NCBI GenBank assembly: GCA_965279515.1
Contig: CBDIID010000003.1
Span: 2,400,001 to 2,464,000 of the forward strand
Reading direction: 5' to 3'
DNA length: 64,000 nucleotides
Source: Turneriella sp.
Lineage (GTDB): Bacteria > Spirochaetota > Leptospiria > Turneriellales > Turneriellaceae
The notes beneath the pieces were generated by a model. The model was not told the DNA's origin and did not search any database. It saw nothing but the letters and a program-made list of their open reading frames with translations. Each line of letters starts with the position of its first letter. Positions within the stretch are counted from its first letter, which is position 1. Positions 9,947-20,328 of this stretch are shown here, piece by piece. The position numbers were made by a program, and so were the translations under genes.

Positions 9947-12900
9947 TTGCCCATGAGTTTTCTGCGCAGTATCTACCTCGACTATTATACTATCGGGGCG
10001 GTCATTCCGGTAGTTTTCCTCTATATCTGCGCCGCAGCATTCTTCCAGATTAAAGACAAATCGAAAGCCACGAAAACCCTCGCAACAGTGATGTTGGTCT
10101 ACGGCACTTTTGTCGCAAGCTATATCGTCGCCTCCAGTTTCTATCATCCCTATGCCGCCTACCACCGTTGGAATACGGTGATTCTCGTACTTGTGACGAT
10201 CACGATGTTGACCCAGATTTTCTACGAGTTCCCCGTTCCGACCGGTGGCAAAAAACACCGCATACTGTTCTGGATCATGCTCATTGTCAGCATCGGTCTT
10301 TCCCTGTGGTTTATGGCGCAGACCATCGAAGCAAACTACATCTACCATTTCGAGGGCCACTACTACGATTTCGACGCGGACGATGCGAGTTACATCATCA
10401 GCCTGGCGATCTTCGCCCTGGTCTTTATCATGATTGGTTCGGGTGTCTGGCGTATCTGGGCCACCAAAGGACCGGGCCGCTGGTCCGTTTTCGGCATATT
10501 GATCGGGATTATTTTTTCAACCATGGTACCGGCATATCTCAATACTCTCAGCCGTGAGGGCGGTATGGATCGCGGTACCTTCCAGACCGCATTCGACCTT
10601 TTCACCATTTTGGGGATGTTTGTCATCGTCATCATCTTTATTAACAACACCAAAGACAAGACCACTTTTATGGCGAAGATTATTCTCGTCAGCGCCGTGG
10701 TTTTTCTTTTGGTCCTGCAGAGCATCAGCTACTTTTCTTTCCAGGATAAAGAGATCGCATACGACGGGGTCAAGAGCGAACAGGCAAACCGCTTCCGCGA
10801 ATCGGGCGTAGAGCCCGAAGCCATGAAATATGCCGTTGCCTATGACCTTGCAAAGAAAACCATCCAACCGGTAAAGGCCATCGACAAGGCAGAAATCAGC
10901 ACCGAGGACCAAACGAACGGCTACGAGTTTACTTATCTCTGGCAGAAAATATATTATCTGAATGAAGACATTGCATTCAAAGACAATATGGAAAAGGTGC
11001 TGCAATCAGCGCCACAGACTTTTGGCGGCTACAAGGCTGCGCTGTTACCGTTGCTGGAGAAAAAAGAGACCTGCAACAGGACAGCGATTCTCGGCAGAAT
11101 TGCAAAACTGCAGCGGCCGGTGATCCAGCGGCGATACAAACTCAGCAAACTACAGAAATTCCAGTTCCGCGAAAAAGCTATGGCGATGCTCAGCAAATCA
11201 GCGCGCGGCCTTGAAACTTTCAACGAGGCAATGCTTGCCTATCTGAAAGAAAACACCACGGACAACGGTACCGAGCTGAAAAACAAACTGTTGAGTTTTG
11301 TCGAAGAGGTCATTCCCCCCGGTGCGCGCCACTACCGCACGGATAAGAACAACGGCGCACACTATACCGCCTATGTCGGCATCGACTACAAAAACGGCAA
11401 AGTCATCGAAGTGGGTTTCGATTACCTCGATTACCGCAAGTATGTACACCCGTTGGGTTTGAAATACCTGATTCTGCTGCTGGCAGCGATGCTGCTGATC
11501 ATTGTCGGCTTCCCGATTTTCTTCAGCCGGGCGCTGGTTACGCCTCTCAACAGCCTGTTATCCGGGGTAAACCAGGTGAATACAGGCAACCTGGGCGTGG
11601 AGCTGCCGATCTATGTCGAAGACGAGATCGGTTATCTCTCGCGTTCTTTCAACGGAATGGTTTCATCGATCCGCGACTCGAAGAAGAAACTCGAAGAATA
11701 CGCGGAAACACTAGAAGAAAAGGTTAAGGAACGCACGGCAGAGCTGCAAAAGGCTTTCGAAGAAGTCACCGCGCTGAAAAAACAGCAAGACGGGGATTAT
11801 TTTCTGACAAGTTTGCTCACGACGCCACTTGGTGCAAATAAGGCAAACAGCCCGAACCTCAACGTCGACGTGCTGGTAGAGCAGAAGAAAAAGTTTGAAT
11901 TCCGTAAATGGGCCCGCGATATCGGCGGCGACACCTGCATTACCAGCACGGTGACGCTCAAAGGTAAAGCGCACACGGTTTTCCTCAACGCCGACGCGAT
12001 GGGTAAATCGATGCAGGGGGCAGGGGGCATTCTGGTTTTAGGCTCGGTTTTTCACTCGGTCATCGAACGCACTAAACTCTCGCCGAAAGAACAGGATGTC
12101 TTTCCGGAGCACTGGCTGAAATACACTTTTGTGGAACTCCACCGCGTCTTTGAAGTGTTCGACGGTTCAATGCTGATTTCCCTGATTATGGGACTGGTCG
12201 ACGACGAATCGGGCCTGCTCTATTACATCAACGCCGAGCACCCGTGGTCGGTGCTTTACCGCGGCGGCAAGGCTGAGTTTATCGAAAAAGAACTCGCGCT
12301 CAGGAAACTCGGCACGCAGGGCGTCTCGGGTCATATCGAGGTGATGACGCTGCAAATGGATCCCAAGGATGTCATCATCATGGGGTCGGACGGTCGCGAC
12401 GACCTGTTGTTGGGTTATGACGCTGACGGCGCGCGTATCATCAACGAAGACGAGATGCAGTTCCTGAAAGTCGTCGAAGAAGCCGACGGTCAACTCGACC
12501 GCATCCACGAAGTGTTGGAAAACTACGGCGATCTCACCGATGACTTGTCGCTGCTGCGTATCGGCTATAAAGAAGATGTGCACCACGATCACTCGCAGCT
12601 CTCGCAGCATGTAATCCAGCTGCTCAACCGTGCACGGCTCGCCGTAAAGGCCGGACAGCTCAAGGTCGCAATCGGCGATCTCGAAGAGGCGAACCGCATC
12701 GACGACTCACAGCCTGAAGTCATGCGCGACCTGATCAAGGCATACCTCAAGGATAAACAGTTCGAGAAGGCGGCAAACCTCGCCGAGGATTACATCCACA
12801 TCAAACCAGCAGATTCCGAGTTTCTCTACATCGCCTCGTATTGCCACAAGGTGCTGCAGAACTTTAAGAAAGCCGCGGATTTCGGCGAACGCCTGCGCCT

Positions 12901-13084
12901 GCGCGATCACGACATGGTGAAGAACCTGGTGAACCTCGCGGATATTTATTACCTGCAGGGTATTTACGCCCGGTCGCGCACGATCATTGATTTTGCCGCC
13001 AAGCTCGATCCCCATGATATCAAGGTGAAGCGTGTGCTCGAGGCCCTCGCGCGCAAGAACGTGGCGCCGACGCCCGCGACTTAG
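9947..13084 (+). CDS. Membrane sensor phosphatase: multi-TM + HAMP + SpoIIE/PP2C + TPR
   Basis: HAMP (DEIGYLSRSFNGM), IGGD, NADAMGKS, GSDGRDD, DDLSL; TPR-like C-terminus. Confidence 0.88.
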   Translation: MPMSFLRSIYLDYYTIGAVIPVVFLYICAAAFFQIKDKSKATKTLATVMLVYGTFVASYIVASSFYHPYAAYHRWNTVILVLVTITMLTQIFYEFPVPTGGKKHRILFWIMLIVSIGLSLWFMAQTIEANYIYHFEGHYYDFDADDASYIISLAIFALVFIMIGSGVWRIWATKGPGRWSVFGILIGIIFSTMVPAYLNTLSREGGMDRGTFQTAFDLFTILGMFVIVIIFINNTKDKTTFMAKIILVSAVVFLLVLQSISYFSFQDKEIAYDGVKSEQANRFRESGVEPEAMKYAVAYDLAKKTIQPVKAIDKAEISTEDQTNGYEFTYLWQKIYYLNEDIAFKDNMEKVLQSAPQTFGGYKAALLPLLEKKETCNRTAILGRIAKLQRPVIQRRYKLSKLQKFQFREKAMAMLSKSARGLETFNEAMLAYLKENTTDNGTELKNKLLSFVEEVIPPGARHYRTDKNNGAHYTAYVGIDYKNGKVIEVGFDYLDYRKYVHPLGLKYLILLLAAMLLIIVGFPIFFSRALVTPLNSLLSGVNQVNTGNLGVELPIYVEDEIGYLSRSFNGMVSSIRDSKKKLEEYAETLEEKVKERTAELQKAFEEVTALKKQQDGDYFLTSLLTTPLGANKANSPNLNVDVLVEQKKKFEFRKWARDIGGDTCITSTVTLKGKAHTVFLNADAMGKSMQGAGGILVLGSVFHSVIERTKLSPKEQDVFPEHWLKYTFVELHRVFEVFDGSMLISLIMGLVDDESGLLYYINAEHPWSVLYRGGKAEFIEKELALRKLGTQGVSGHIEVMTLQMDPKDVIIMGSDGRDDLLLGYDADGARIINEDEMQFLKVVEEADGQLDRIHEVLENYGDLTDDLSLLRIGYKEDVHHDHSQLSQHVIQLLNRARLAVKAGQLKVAIGDLEEANRIDDSQPEVMRDLIKAYLKDKQFEKAANLAEDYIHIKPADSEFLYIASYCHKVLQNFKKAADFGERLRLRDHDMVKNLVNLADIYYLQGIYARSRTIIDFAAKLDPHDIKVKRVLEALARKNVAPTPAT

Positions 13085-13118
13085 CTTACGGCACGTCGCG
13101 CGCTTCGGATGTGACGCC

Positions 13119-13526
13119 ATGTCGATAGCGGAACGCGAGGTGGAACTGCTCGCCGATTTCGAGGTTTTTGACGATTGGGCCGATCGTTACCGGTACCTGA
13201 TCGAGCTTGGGGAGAAACTGCCGCCGCTCGATGATAAGCACAAGACCGAAGCGAACAAAGTGCAGGGCTGCCAGTCACAGGTCTGGCTCGTTTCGAGCAA
13301 AGACGGCGACAGAATTCACTTTGAAGCCGACAGCGACTCGGCGATCACGCGGGGACTCATCGCCTTACTGGTGAAATTATTCTCCGGTGCAAGCTCAGCC
13401 GAAATTGCTTCGGCAAACTTATCATTCATAGAAAAGCTCGGTTTTGCCAAACACCTGTCGATGTCGCGCGCGAACGGCTTTGCCTCGATGATCGCGATGA
13501 TAAAACGCCTCGCCGCAACGCCATGA
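13119..13526 (+). CDS. sufE: SufE-family Fe-S sulfur acceptor
   Basis: DWADRYRYLIELG, VQGCQSQVW, ADSDSAITRG, LSMSRANG; start reassigned to ATG at 13119. Confidence 0.92.
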   Translation: MSIAEREVELLADFEVFDDWADRYRYLIELGEKLPPLDDKHKTEANKVQGCQSQVWLVSSKDGDRIHFEADSDSAITRGLIALLVKLFSGASSAEIASANLSFIEKLGFAKHLSMSRANGFASMIAMIKRLAATP

Positions 13527-14989
13527 GAAATACTGCCACGGGTTTTGCGGGTTATGTTCTCCTGGTAGCGGCGATCTCACCGCTCTTTGCGCAGCGCAGC
13601 AGTCCTGCAAACGAAGTAAAAGCCAAAGACGATCTGGCGGGAAAAGTTGTCTGGCCCAAAGAATATATTCTTGATATCCACCGTCCCGAGTCGCTGATTA
13701 AAGACGGCAAAGCGTATCTGCCCAATGTCGTGCAGAACCTGATCGCCGACGAACTATCGCTGCAACGCATGGCAATCACACGCGAAAAGGTGCGCCCTGC
13801 CGTGATTGAATATTCAGTACAAAAAGATCATGAGCGCCTGCCCGCCGACGAGCGGGGCGCGCTACTGGCCAAACAACCGAAACCGCCGATACTCCCGCTC
13901 AAGATCGTGCGCAAAACATCAGCAGCAAAGGGAGAGTTTCGCTGCGAAGGCCTAAAAGATGAGTATTACGCCCTTCTGACGCGCATCTCGCCGCGCGGCA
14001 ATCAGCTGAAGCTCGAGGTGCTGCTCTGCCAGGGTGCCCAGGTTCTGCTCAGCCAATCAACGACGGCCGACGAACAAGAGCTCGTCGCCGGGGTAAACCG
14101 GCTCATCAATCCTGTGCGGGCTCGCCTGACGGGAGACCAGTACGCTTCGCTCCATATTGAAACGACACCCACGCGCGCTTCGGTCTATCTCGACGGGCAA
14201 TTCCTGGGTAAAACGCCGCTCAAATACTCCTACCTGATTCCAGGAAAATACGAATTGGTACTCAAGCTCGATCATTTTGAGACATTCCGCGCGCCGGTAG
14301 AAGCGAAGGTGGGTGACACATTCGAGGGAAAGTATAACCTGTTACCTGCGAAAGCCGTCGGCGTCATCGAAGTGGAATCCGATCCCGAAGGGGCAAAGAT
14401 TTACCTCGACGCCGATTACAAAGGGCTCACTCCCCAAAAACTTGAAAACGTCCCGGCGGGCACATACCGCGTCCATGTTTTGCATCCCGAAAAAGGCGAG
14501 GCCTATAAGACTGTTACGGTCAGTGAAAAAACGCCGGCGGCGAAGATTTCAGAAACGCTCAGTGAATTTGCCTTTCAGAAAACCCGGGGGTTCATCGGCC
14601 TGAGCTATAAGACATGGTATTGGATTTCCATTGTGAGCGCTGCCGTCTGCTTCGGCACAGCGATCGGCTTCTACGTGTGGCGCGACCAGGCCCAGGAAGA
14701 TATCTATGCGCGGCTCAGTGGAAAATCCACCACGCTTTATACCCAGGAAGATTATGATTTCATCGCCGACCGCCACAGCGCCGGCAAAACCCGCGAAGGC
14801 TTCGCCACCGGCTTCATGGTCGGGGCTGGCGTACTCGCTCTCTCTTCGATCTACTTCTATGTGCAACATCTGCTCTCGGCCGACGAGGGCATTGTCATGA
14901 AAGAAAAGCCGCGCTCCGAAGGGGATGTAGACATCCGCATCGGCAGCTTCACCGGGCAGACATCGGTTTCGGCAAGTTTCCGGTTTTAA
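13523..14989 (+). CDS. PEGA-domain protein
   Basis: Two PEGA repeats (TTPTRASVYLDGQFLGKTP; SDPEGAKIYLDADYKGLTP), signal peptide, two C-terminal TM segments. Confidence 0.8.
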   Translation: MRNTATGFAGYVLLVAAISPLFAQRSSPANEVKAKDDLAGKVVWPKEYILDIHRPESLIKDGKAYLPNVVQNLIADELSLQRMAITREKVRPAVIEYSVQKDHERLPADERGALLAKQPKPPILPLKIVRKTSAAKGEFRCEGLKDEYYALLTRISPRGNQLKLEVLLCQGAQVLLSQSTTADEQELVAGVNRLINPVRARLTGDQYASLHIETTPTRASVYLDGQFLGKTPLKYSYLIPGKYELVLKLDHFETFRAPVEAKVGDTFEGKYNLLPAKAVGVIEVESDPEGAKIYLDADYKGLTPQKLENVPAGTYRVHVLHPEKGEAYKTVTVSEKTPAAKISETLSEFAFQKTRGFIGLSYKTWYWISIVSAAVCFGTAIGFYVWRDQAQEDIYARLSGKSTTLYTQEDYDFIADRHSAGKTREGFATGFMVGAGVLALSSIYFYVQHLLSADEGIVMKEKPRSEGDVDIRIGSFTGQTSVSASFRF

Positions 14990-16144
14990 TCAGGTCGCGC
15001 CGAGCGCCCGCGCCGCCGTCACTTCGCTCATCGAGTGGATATTCGGTTTTGCGCCGGGAAACAGAAAATGCGGAATGCGGTTATCGCGGATTTCGAGGTA
15101 TTCATAGGCATCCCAGGTCGCGGCCTTGAGCAGATCGTGCTCTGAAAATTTTCCTTCGCTGAGAATTGCCTTCATTTCGTTGAGTACCGAGAGATCGGTA
15201 TTTGTGGCAAGCGAATCAGTGCCGATCAGCATCTTCAGCGGCGAGTGTTTCAGCGTTTCCCAGTTGGTGCGCTCGATACCGAGATGTTTATTCGAGCGGT
15301 GGCAGATCACCCACGCAGAGTGCGGCACATACTCGCTGAGGCGGTCGATATCTTCGACGCGCGCGGCAGAGAGATGGACGAGAAGAAGTTTTTTGAACGA
15401 GAGCATTCCCACCGAGTGCAGGTACTCTACGGCCGAACGCCCCTGCATCTCCTGGTGCCTGACATGCTGGCCGATTTTCTTCAGAAATTCAGTGATCGCC
15501 CCGCGGTCTTGCTGAAAATCAATCTCGTCGTGGCTCTCGAGTAGGTGGATAGAAACCGAAGTATGCCGGGCCTTTTCGCGCACGAACATCATTTGCAATG
15601 GCGAAGAGCCATATACCGAATGCACGGTCGGGTAGAATGTTGAATCGATATCGAGCAGTTTCTTGGCGCTGACGATGCGTTGCTGGTCGCTGGGCGACGA
15701 AAAGCCGAGCAGTTCGAGATAGCGGTTGCCATTAAACGACGGCAGGTCGCGTAAAAAACGGATAAAATCGGTGCTGTTGCAGATATCGCAGAAAAAAAAT
15801 GTCCCCTGCCCTTCGGCCTTATGGATTGCGTCGACCGCAGCCTGGCGTATATTCTGGCTCGTCATCTGGCCGCGGTTCGCCTGGATGATTTCACCCATCT
15901 GCGTCAAATGGCTGCCATAGGGAATTTTGCCTTCCATGCACGAAAGTTCAATGTGGCTGTGCGCATTGACGAACCCGGGAACGACAACGCCGGGCGGCAG
16001 CACGCGGTGGAAAAATTCCTTGGGCGGTTTACCGAACCCGGAATCGATGACCTGTTTTCCCGAAATGATATACCATGGGTCGGCACGGAACTCAGCGTCA
16101 CGGGTCAATCCCCACTCGCCCCGCACTACCTCAAAGATATTCAT
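14990..16144 (-). CDS. Amidohydrolase-superfamily deaminase (possibly aminodeoxyfutalosine deaminase-like)
   Basis: PGFVNAHSHIELS, HSVY, IHLLES, LVH, GTDSLATN metal-binding motifs. Confidence 0.8.
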   Translation of the reverse strand: MNIFEVVRGEWGLTRDAEFRADPWYIISGKQVIDSGFGKPPKEFFHRVLPPGVVVPGFVNAHSHIELSCMEGKIPYGSHLTQMGEIIQANRGQMTSQNIRQAAVDAIHKAEGQGTFFFCDICNSTDFIRFLRDLPSFNGNRYLELLGFSSPSDQQRIVSAKKLLDIDSTFYPTVHSVYGSSPLQMMFVREKARHTSVSIHLLESHDEIDFQQDRGAITEFLKKIGQHVRHQEMQGRSAVEYLHSVGMLSFKKLLLVHLSAARVEDIDRLSEYVPHSAWVICHRSNKHLGIERTNWETLKHSPLKMLIGTDSLATNTDLSVLNEMKAILSEGKFSEHDLLKAATWDAYEYLEIRDNRIPHFLFPGAKPNIHSMSEVTAARALGAT

Positions 16145-16150
16145 CGCGGG

Positions 16151-17209
16151 CTAAGACAGAGATTCGTGCGCGTGTTTCAACAAGATTTCAGTTGCAGAAA
16201 AATTCACGCAGGCGTCGGTGATCGAAACCCCGTATTCGAGGGAACCTTTGACTGCGCCATCGAGGTGATTGGGCAGTTTCTGGTTGCCTTCGTTGAGATT
16301 GCTCTCGAGCATCATGCCGATGAGATTCGTGTTCCCGGCGCGACGCTGGCCGATGATGCTGCGCCAGACATTTTCCTGCTTCTCAAACTTCTTCTCGGAA
16401 TTGGCATGCGAACAATCGACGACGATCGCGGGATCGACCCCCGCGAGGCTTAACTTTTCCTCAACACGCGCGATGTGTTCGGCTTCATAGTTGGTCATGT
16501 TATTGCCGCCGCGCAAAATCACATGGCCCCAGGGGTTGCCACAGGTCCGCACGACAGCAGTGCGCCCGTTTTCGTCGATGCCCAGAAAACTATGCGCAGC
16601 TTTCGCCGACTGCATGGCGTCGAGTGCAATCTGCACGTTACCGTCAGTGCTGTTCTTATAACCGACAGGCATACTGAGCCCCGAAGCCATCTGGCGGTGT
16701 GTCTGCGACTCGGTCGTGCGCGCACCGATTGCGGCCCAGCTGACGAGGTCGGCAATGTACTGCGGCACAATGGGGTCGAGAAACTCGGTCGCCGTTGGTA
16801 TGCCAAGCGAGACGATCTGCTGCAAAATATGGCGGCCAAGTTTCAACCCTTCCTGCACATCGTCGCTGCCGTCGATGCGCGGGTCTGAGATCAATCCCTT
16901 CCAGCCGGTCGTGGTGCGCGGTTTCTCAAAATAAACACGCATGACGATCTCAAGCTTATCGGCGTAGAGGTCGCGCAGGTTTTTCAGTTTTCCCGCATAC
17001 TCCATCGCCGCCTTTTCGTCGTGGATACTGCACGGACCACAGATTACGAGAAAACGCGGTGATTTCTTCAGAACGATATCGCAGATGCGTTCACGCGCTT
17101 CGAGCGTGAGCCGCGCCATCACGGCATCGGCCGGGTACAAATGCAGAAGCTCCAGGGGCGAGAGCAGCGGCTCAATCGTGCGGATATGGACGCCGGATAT
17201 TTTCGACAT
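16151..17209 (-). CDS. DAHP synthase, class I-alpha (AroF/G/H type)
   Basis: GPCSIHD, MRVYFEKPRT, IGARTTESQTHR, VDCSHANS, YGVSITDAC. Confidence 0.95.
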   Translation of the reverse strand: MSKISGVHIRTIEPLLSPLELLHLYPADAVMARLTLEARERICDIVLKKSPRFLVICGPCSIHDEKAAMEYAGKLKNLRDLYADKLEIVMRVYFEKPRTTTGWKGLISDPRIDGSDDVQEGLKLGRHILQQIVSLGIPTATEFLDPIVPQYIADLVSWAAIGARTTESQTHRQMASGLSMPVGYKNSTDGNVQIALDAMQSAKAAHSFLGIDENGRTAVVRTCGNPWGHVILRGGNNMTNYEAEHIARVEEKLSLAGVDPAIVVDCSHANSEKKFEKQENVWRSIIGQRRAGNTNLIGMMLESNLNEGNQKLPNHLDGAVKGSLEYGVSITDACVNFSATEILLKHAHESLS

Positions 17210-17225
17210 GACTCAGGCCAATCTA

Positions 17226-17741
17226 TCAGGCGCTGGTCGCCGCGCGGATCACCGCAAGCGCTTCGGCAGCCGTCGATGCCGCGATGACCTTTTGCCGCAC
17301 CTCGGCTTTATAAAAGACCTGGGCGATCGACGCCATCATCTGCAGGTGTTCCTGCAGCGCCGACTTGGGTGCCACCAGCATCACCACGACATAGGCCTTC
17401 GAGCCGTCGATACTATCGAAATCAAGCCCGTTCTTGATGATCGCGCATTCGGTCATAAACTTGCAGGCACCCGGAATTACGGCATGCGGAATCGCCATCT
17501 GCTCGCCGATACCGGTACTCATCAGTTTTTCGCGCTCGATGAGCTCTTTTTCAATTTCTGCCGCAAGCGCAGGTTCGAGCTTTTCCCTGATGCACAGCGC
17601 CTTGTGCAGGCTGGCGATGAGCTCCCACTTGTTGGTCGCCTGTATCGGCGACAGAATTACCCCGTCGGTCAGCGTGCCCCCGGGGTTTGTCGTGCCGTCG
17701 ATGAGGTGGATGTTCTGTTCGCTCAGCGAATCTTGCCACAC
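17226..17741 (-). CDS. PTS EIIA type-2 domain protein (Ntr/fructose-like)
   Basis: EREKLMSTGIGEQMAIPHA with phospho-His; FDSIDG. Confidence 0.87.
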   Translation of the reverse strand: MWQDSLSEQNIHLIDGTTNPGGTLTDGVILSPIQATNKWELIASLHKALCIREKLEPALAAEIEKELIEREKLMSTGIGEQMAIPHAVIPGACKFMTECAIIKNGLDFDSIDGSKAYVVVMLVAPKSALQEHLQMMASIAQVFYKAEVRQKVIAASTAAEALAVIRAATSA

Positions 17742-17830
17742 GCGGAATTATGTCTCGCCGTTTTCACGCGGTCAAGGGATAAAATCAAATTTAAATTGCC
17801 AGAACCGATGAGAGAATTTTTTTCCCCTCG

Positions 17831-18982
17831 ATGCCTGATTTACTTGCCCAAAAACTTCGTGTCGCCTGGGTGGCCGATATCTTCGACGAGGTCTCAGGCA
17901 TCATCACCGACACGGAAGAGATGTACGAGCTCGCGCAAGCGCGCGGCTATTTCTGGCAACCGGTGACAACCTATAAAAAACCGATCGCTCCGTTCCACAT
18001 TTTTGATCCGATTCTGCCCGTACCCACAGGCAGTTTCTATAAGGGCACCAGCATGTATGTGCCGGATTTCCTCCGCGTTGTACAGTTTTTCCGTAAGAAC
18101 CAAATGAACGTGCTCGTCTCGAATACTCCGGGCGTCATGGGCATGCTCGCGATGGCAGCGGCAAAATATCTTTCACTGCCGTGGGTCGACATTTACCACA
18201 CCGACGTTGATTATTACCTCAATGACCTCGGCAGCCGTCTCGTAAAACCCTTCGTCAAAAACCCGGCGCTGTTTTTTTTGAAGCAATACCAGAAACAGGC
18301 TGACCTGATCTTCGTACGCACGCGCGAATTTTATGACCTGATGCTGAAAAAGGGTCACAAAGAAAGCAAACTGCGTTATTACCCGGCCGGCGTCAATGCA
18401 CGGCACTGGAATCCTGAAAACAACGACCGCGCCGTTTTCAGCCAACACGGTATCGACCCCGAAATGACGGTGGTGATTTTCGTCGGGCGGATTACCAAAG
18501 TGAAAGACATTGAATTCCTGCTCAGGTATTTCGCCGAAGAAAAACCTGCGAAGGCGGTTTGCGCCGTGATCGGTTCCGGGCCTGAGAAAGAGGGCTATGA
18601 AAAAAAATACGCCGGTGACAATATCAAATTCCTTGGTGTGCAACGCGGTCCCGCTTTACAGAAACTCTATGCCAGTGCCGATCTCTATGTCTTACCATCA
18701 GCCAGTGAAACCCTGGGCAAGACCGTGCTCGAAGCGATGGCGTCAGGCACAGGAGTCATCGTCTCAGACAAAGGCGGTCCTAAAGACTACGTGACACATG
18801 GCGAAAACGGGCTCGTCTTCAAGGCCCATGACTATGACTCCTTTAAAGCAGCCATGGACTCACTTTTTAGCGATCGCAATTACATGAAGAAACTCGGTGA
18901 AAACGCCCGCGACTCGATCAGCGACCATACCGATGAAAAACTCTTTGAGTCCTTCACCGGCCACATCGCCGAGCTGGTTTAA
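17831..18982 (+). CDS. Glycosyltransferase family 4 (GT-B)
   Basis: YHTD, FVGRITKVK, PSASETLGKTVLEAMASG. Confidence 0.9.
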   Translation: MPDLLAQKLRVAWVADIFDEVSGIITDTEEMYELAQARGYFWQPVTTYKKPIAPFHIFDPILPVPTGSFYKGTSMYVPDFLRVVQFFRKNQMNVLVSNTPGVMGMLAMAAAKYLSLPWVDIYHTDVDYYLNDLGSRLVKPFVKNPALFFLKQYQKQADLIFVRTREFYDLMLKKGHKESKLRYYPAGVNARHWNPENNDRAVFSQHGIDPEMTVVIFVGRITKVKDIEFLLRYFAEEKPAKAVCAVIGSGPEKEGYEKKYAGDNIKFLGVQRGPALQKLYASADLYVLPSASETLGKTVLEAMASGTGVIVSDKGGPKDYVTHGENGLVFKAHDYDSFKAAMDSLFSDRNYMKKLGENARDSISDHTDEKLFESFTGHIAELV

Positions 18983-19011
18983 AGTTTTCCCGAAGGATTT
19001 TTCGGAGCCTG

Positions 19012-19719
19012 CTAAACCGGAACTTCGATCGCCAGAAGACGCGTCGGCGCCGTGAAGATGATATCGAGCGCCTTGTCGTCCATGATGCCGATGGCGTCAC
19101 GCTTTTCCAGTTTTTCGCCGGCAACTTCGAGACCGCCTTCGATGACAAAAAGATAGAGGCCCGACCGTTCGTGCACACGCGTCAGTCGCGTCTGCACTCC
19201 GGCGTCGAAGATGCCGAGCTGAAACTCCGCCCGCTGGTTGATCCACAGGGCATCCCCGTTTTGTTGCGCGCTGACCACGCGTACAAAGTTGTTGCGGGAT
19301 TTCTCCAGGTCAAAAGTCTTCTGCCCATAGCGCGGTGCGATGCCGCGCTTCTCGGGTAAAATCCAGATCTGCAGAAAATTGACCGGCTTCGCCGGGTCGG
19401 GATTAAACTCCGAATGCATAATGCCGGTACCAGCCGACATGATCTGCACATCGCCGGTCAGAATCGTCTCATCTTTGCCGGTGGAATCCTTGTGCGCGAG
19501 GGAACCAGAAATGGGTATGGAAACGATTTCCATATCTGCATGGCCGTGGCGGCCAAAGCCCATGCCGGGTGCGACAATATCGTCATTGAGCACGCGCAGC
19601 GCCCCGAACTGCATGCGCTCGGGATCCATATAGTCGGCGAAGCTGAACGTATGCCGGCTCTGTAGCCAGCCATGGTCCGCGACACCCCGGGAATCCGCGC
19701 GATGTATCACCTTTTTCAT
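19012..19719 (-). CDS. Pirin-family protein (YhhW-like)
   Basis: HGWLQSRHTFSFADY, HGHADMEI, MSAGTGIMHSE, FLQIW; start reassigned to MKKVIH. Confidence 0.92.
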   Translation of the reverse strand: MKKVIHRADSRGVADHGWLQSRHTFSFADYMDPERMQFGALRVLNDDIVAPGMGFGRHGHADMEIVSIPISGSLAHKDSTGKDETILTGDVQIMSAGTGIMHSEFNPDPAKPVNFLQIWILPEKRGIAPRYGQKTFDLEKSRNNFVRVVSAQQNGDALWINQRAEFQLGIFDAGVQTRLTRVHERSGLYLFVIEGGLEVAGEKLEKRDAIGIMDDKALDIIFTAPTRLLAIEVPV

Positions 19720-19851
19720 AGTCCACAGCATAGCTAAAGCCGTCAGAGCCGACAAAAATTTACACTGCGCAAAAAGTGGCCGTTTTCGAAAGCCTGTTTT
19801 TTAAGGCCGTATTTCGCCCGGCCGGCGTATCTCGATAGGTTCGGAGGACAT

Positions 19852-20208
19852 ATGAAACGAGTTTTTATTCTGATTTTAGTGGCTGTTTGCCTCACCAATT
19901 TCGCTTTCGCCCACGACTGTAAGCCCGAGCGACGGGCTCTTTCTGACAAGAATACCGCTGAAAAACGAGCTTTGCACGATAAACATACGGCCGCACGCCG
20001 AGCCTTGCACGATAAACAAGACGAAGAACAAGCCGCGGCGAAAAAGCAGCCGGCCGACGTGAAAACACAACGGAACCTCAACGACAAGCACCGCGCCGAA
20101 AAGCGCAAACTGGCCGATCAGCACCTGGGTGAAAACCGCGCCTTAAAAGATAGCCAGATCAAGGCGAAGGAACAACTGAAAGAAAATTGCGCTAAGAAGC
20201 CGGGTTAA
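19852..20208 (+). CDS. Small secreted helical protein with 11-residue repeats
   Basis: GGAGG RBS, signal peptide, repeats RRALSDK/KRALHDK/RRALHDK/RNLNDK/RKLADQ/RALKDS. Confidence 0.8.
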   Translation: MKRVFILILVAVCLTNFAFAHDCKPERRALSDKNTAEKRALHDKHTAARRALHDKQDEEQAAAKKQPADVKTQRNLNDKHRAEKRKLADQHLGENRALKDSQIKAKEQLKENCAKKPG

Positions 20209-20328
20209 CGGGCGGGCAATTTACCCGGGAAAATCGCTCAATATCGCAAACGCCTTTTTAGTTGTCACCTTGATTCATAGCAAGGCTTAGCCTAAATGAC
20301 GGCATTTTGGTTTAACCTCTGAGGCATT

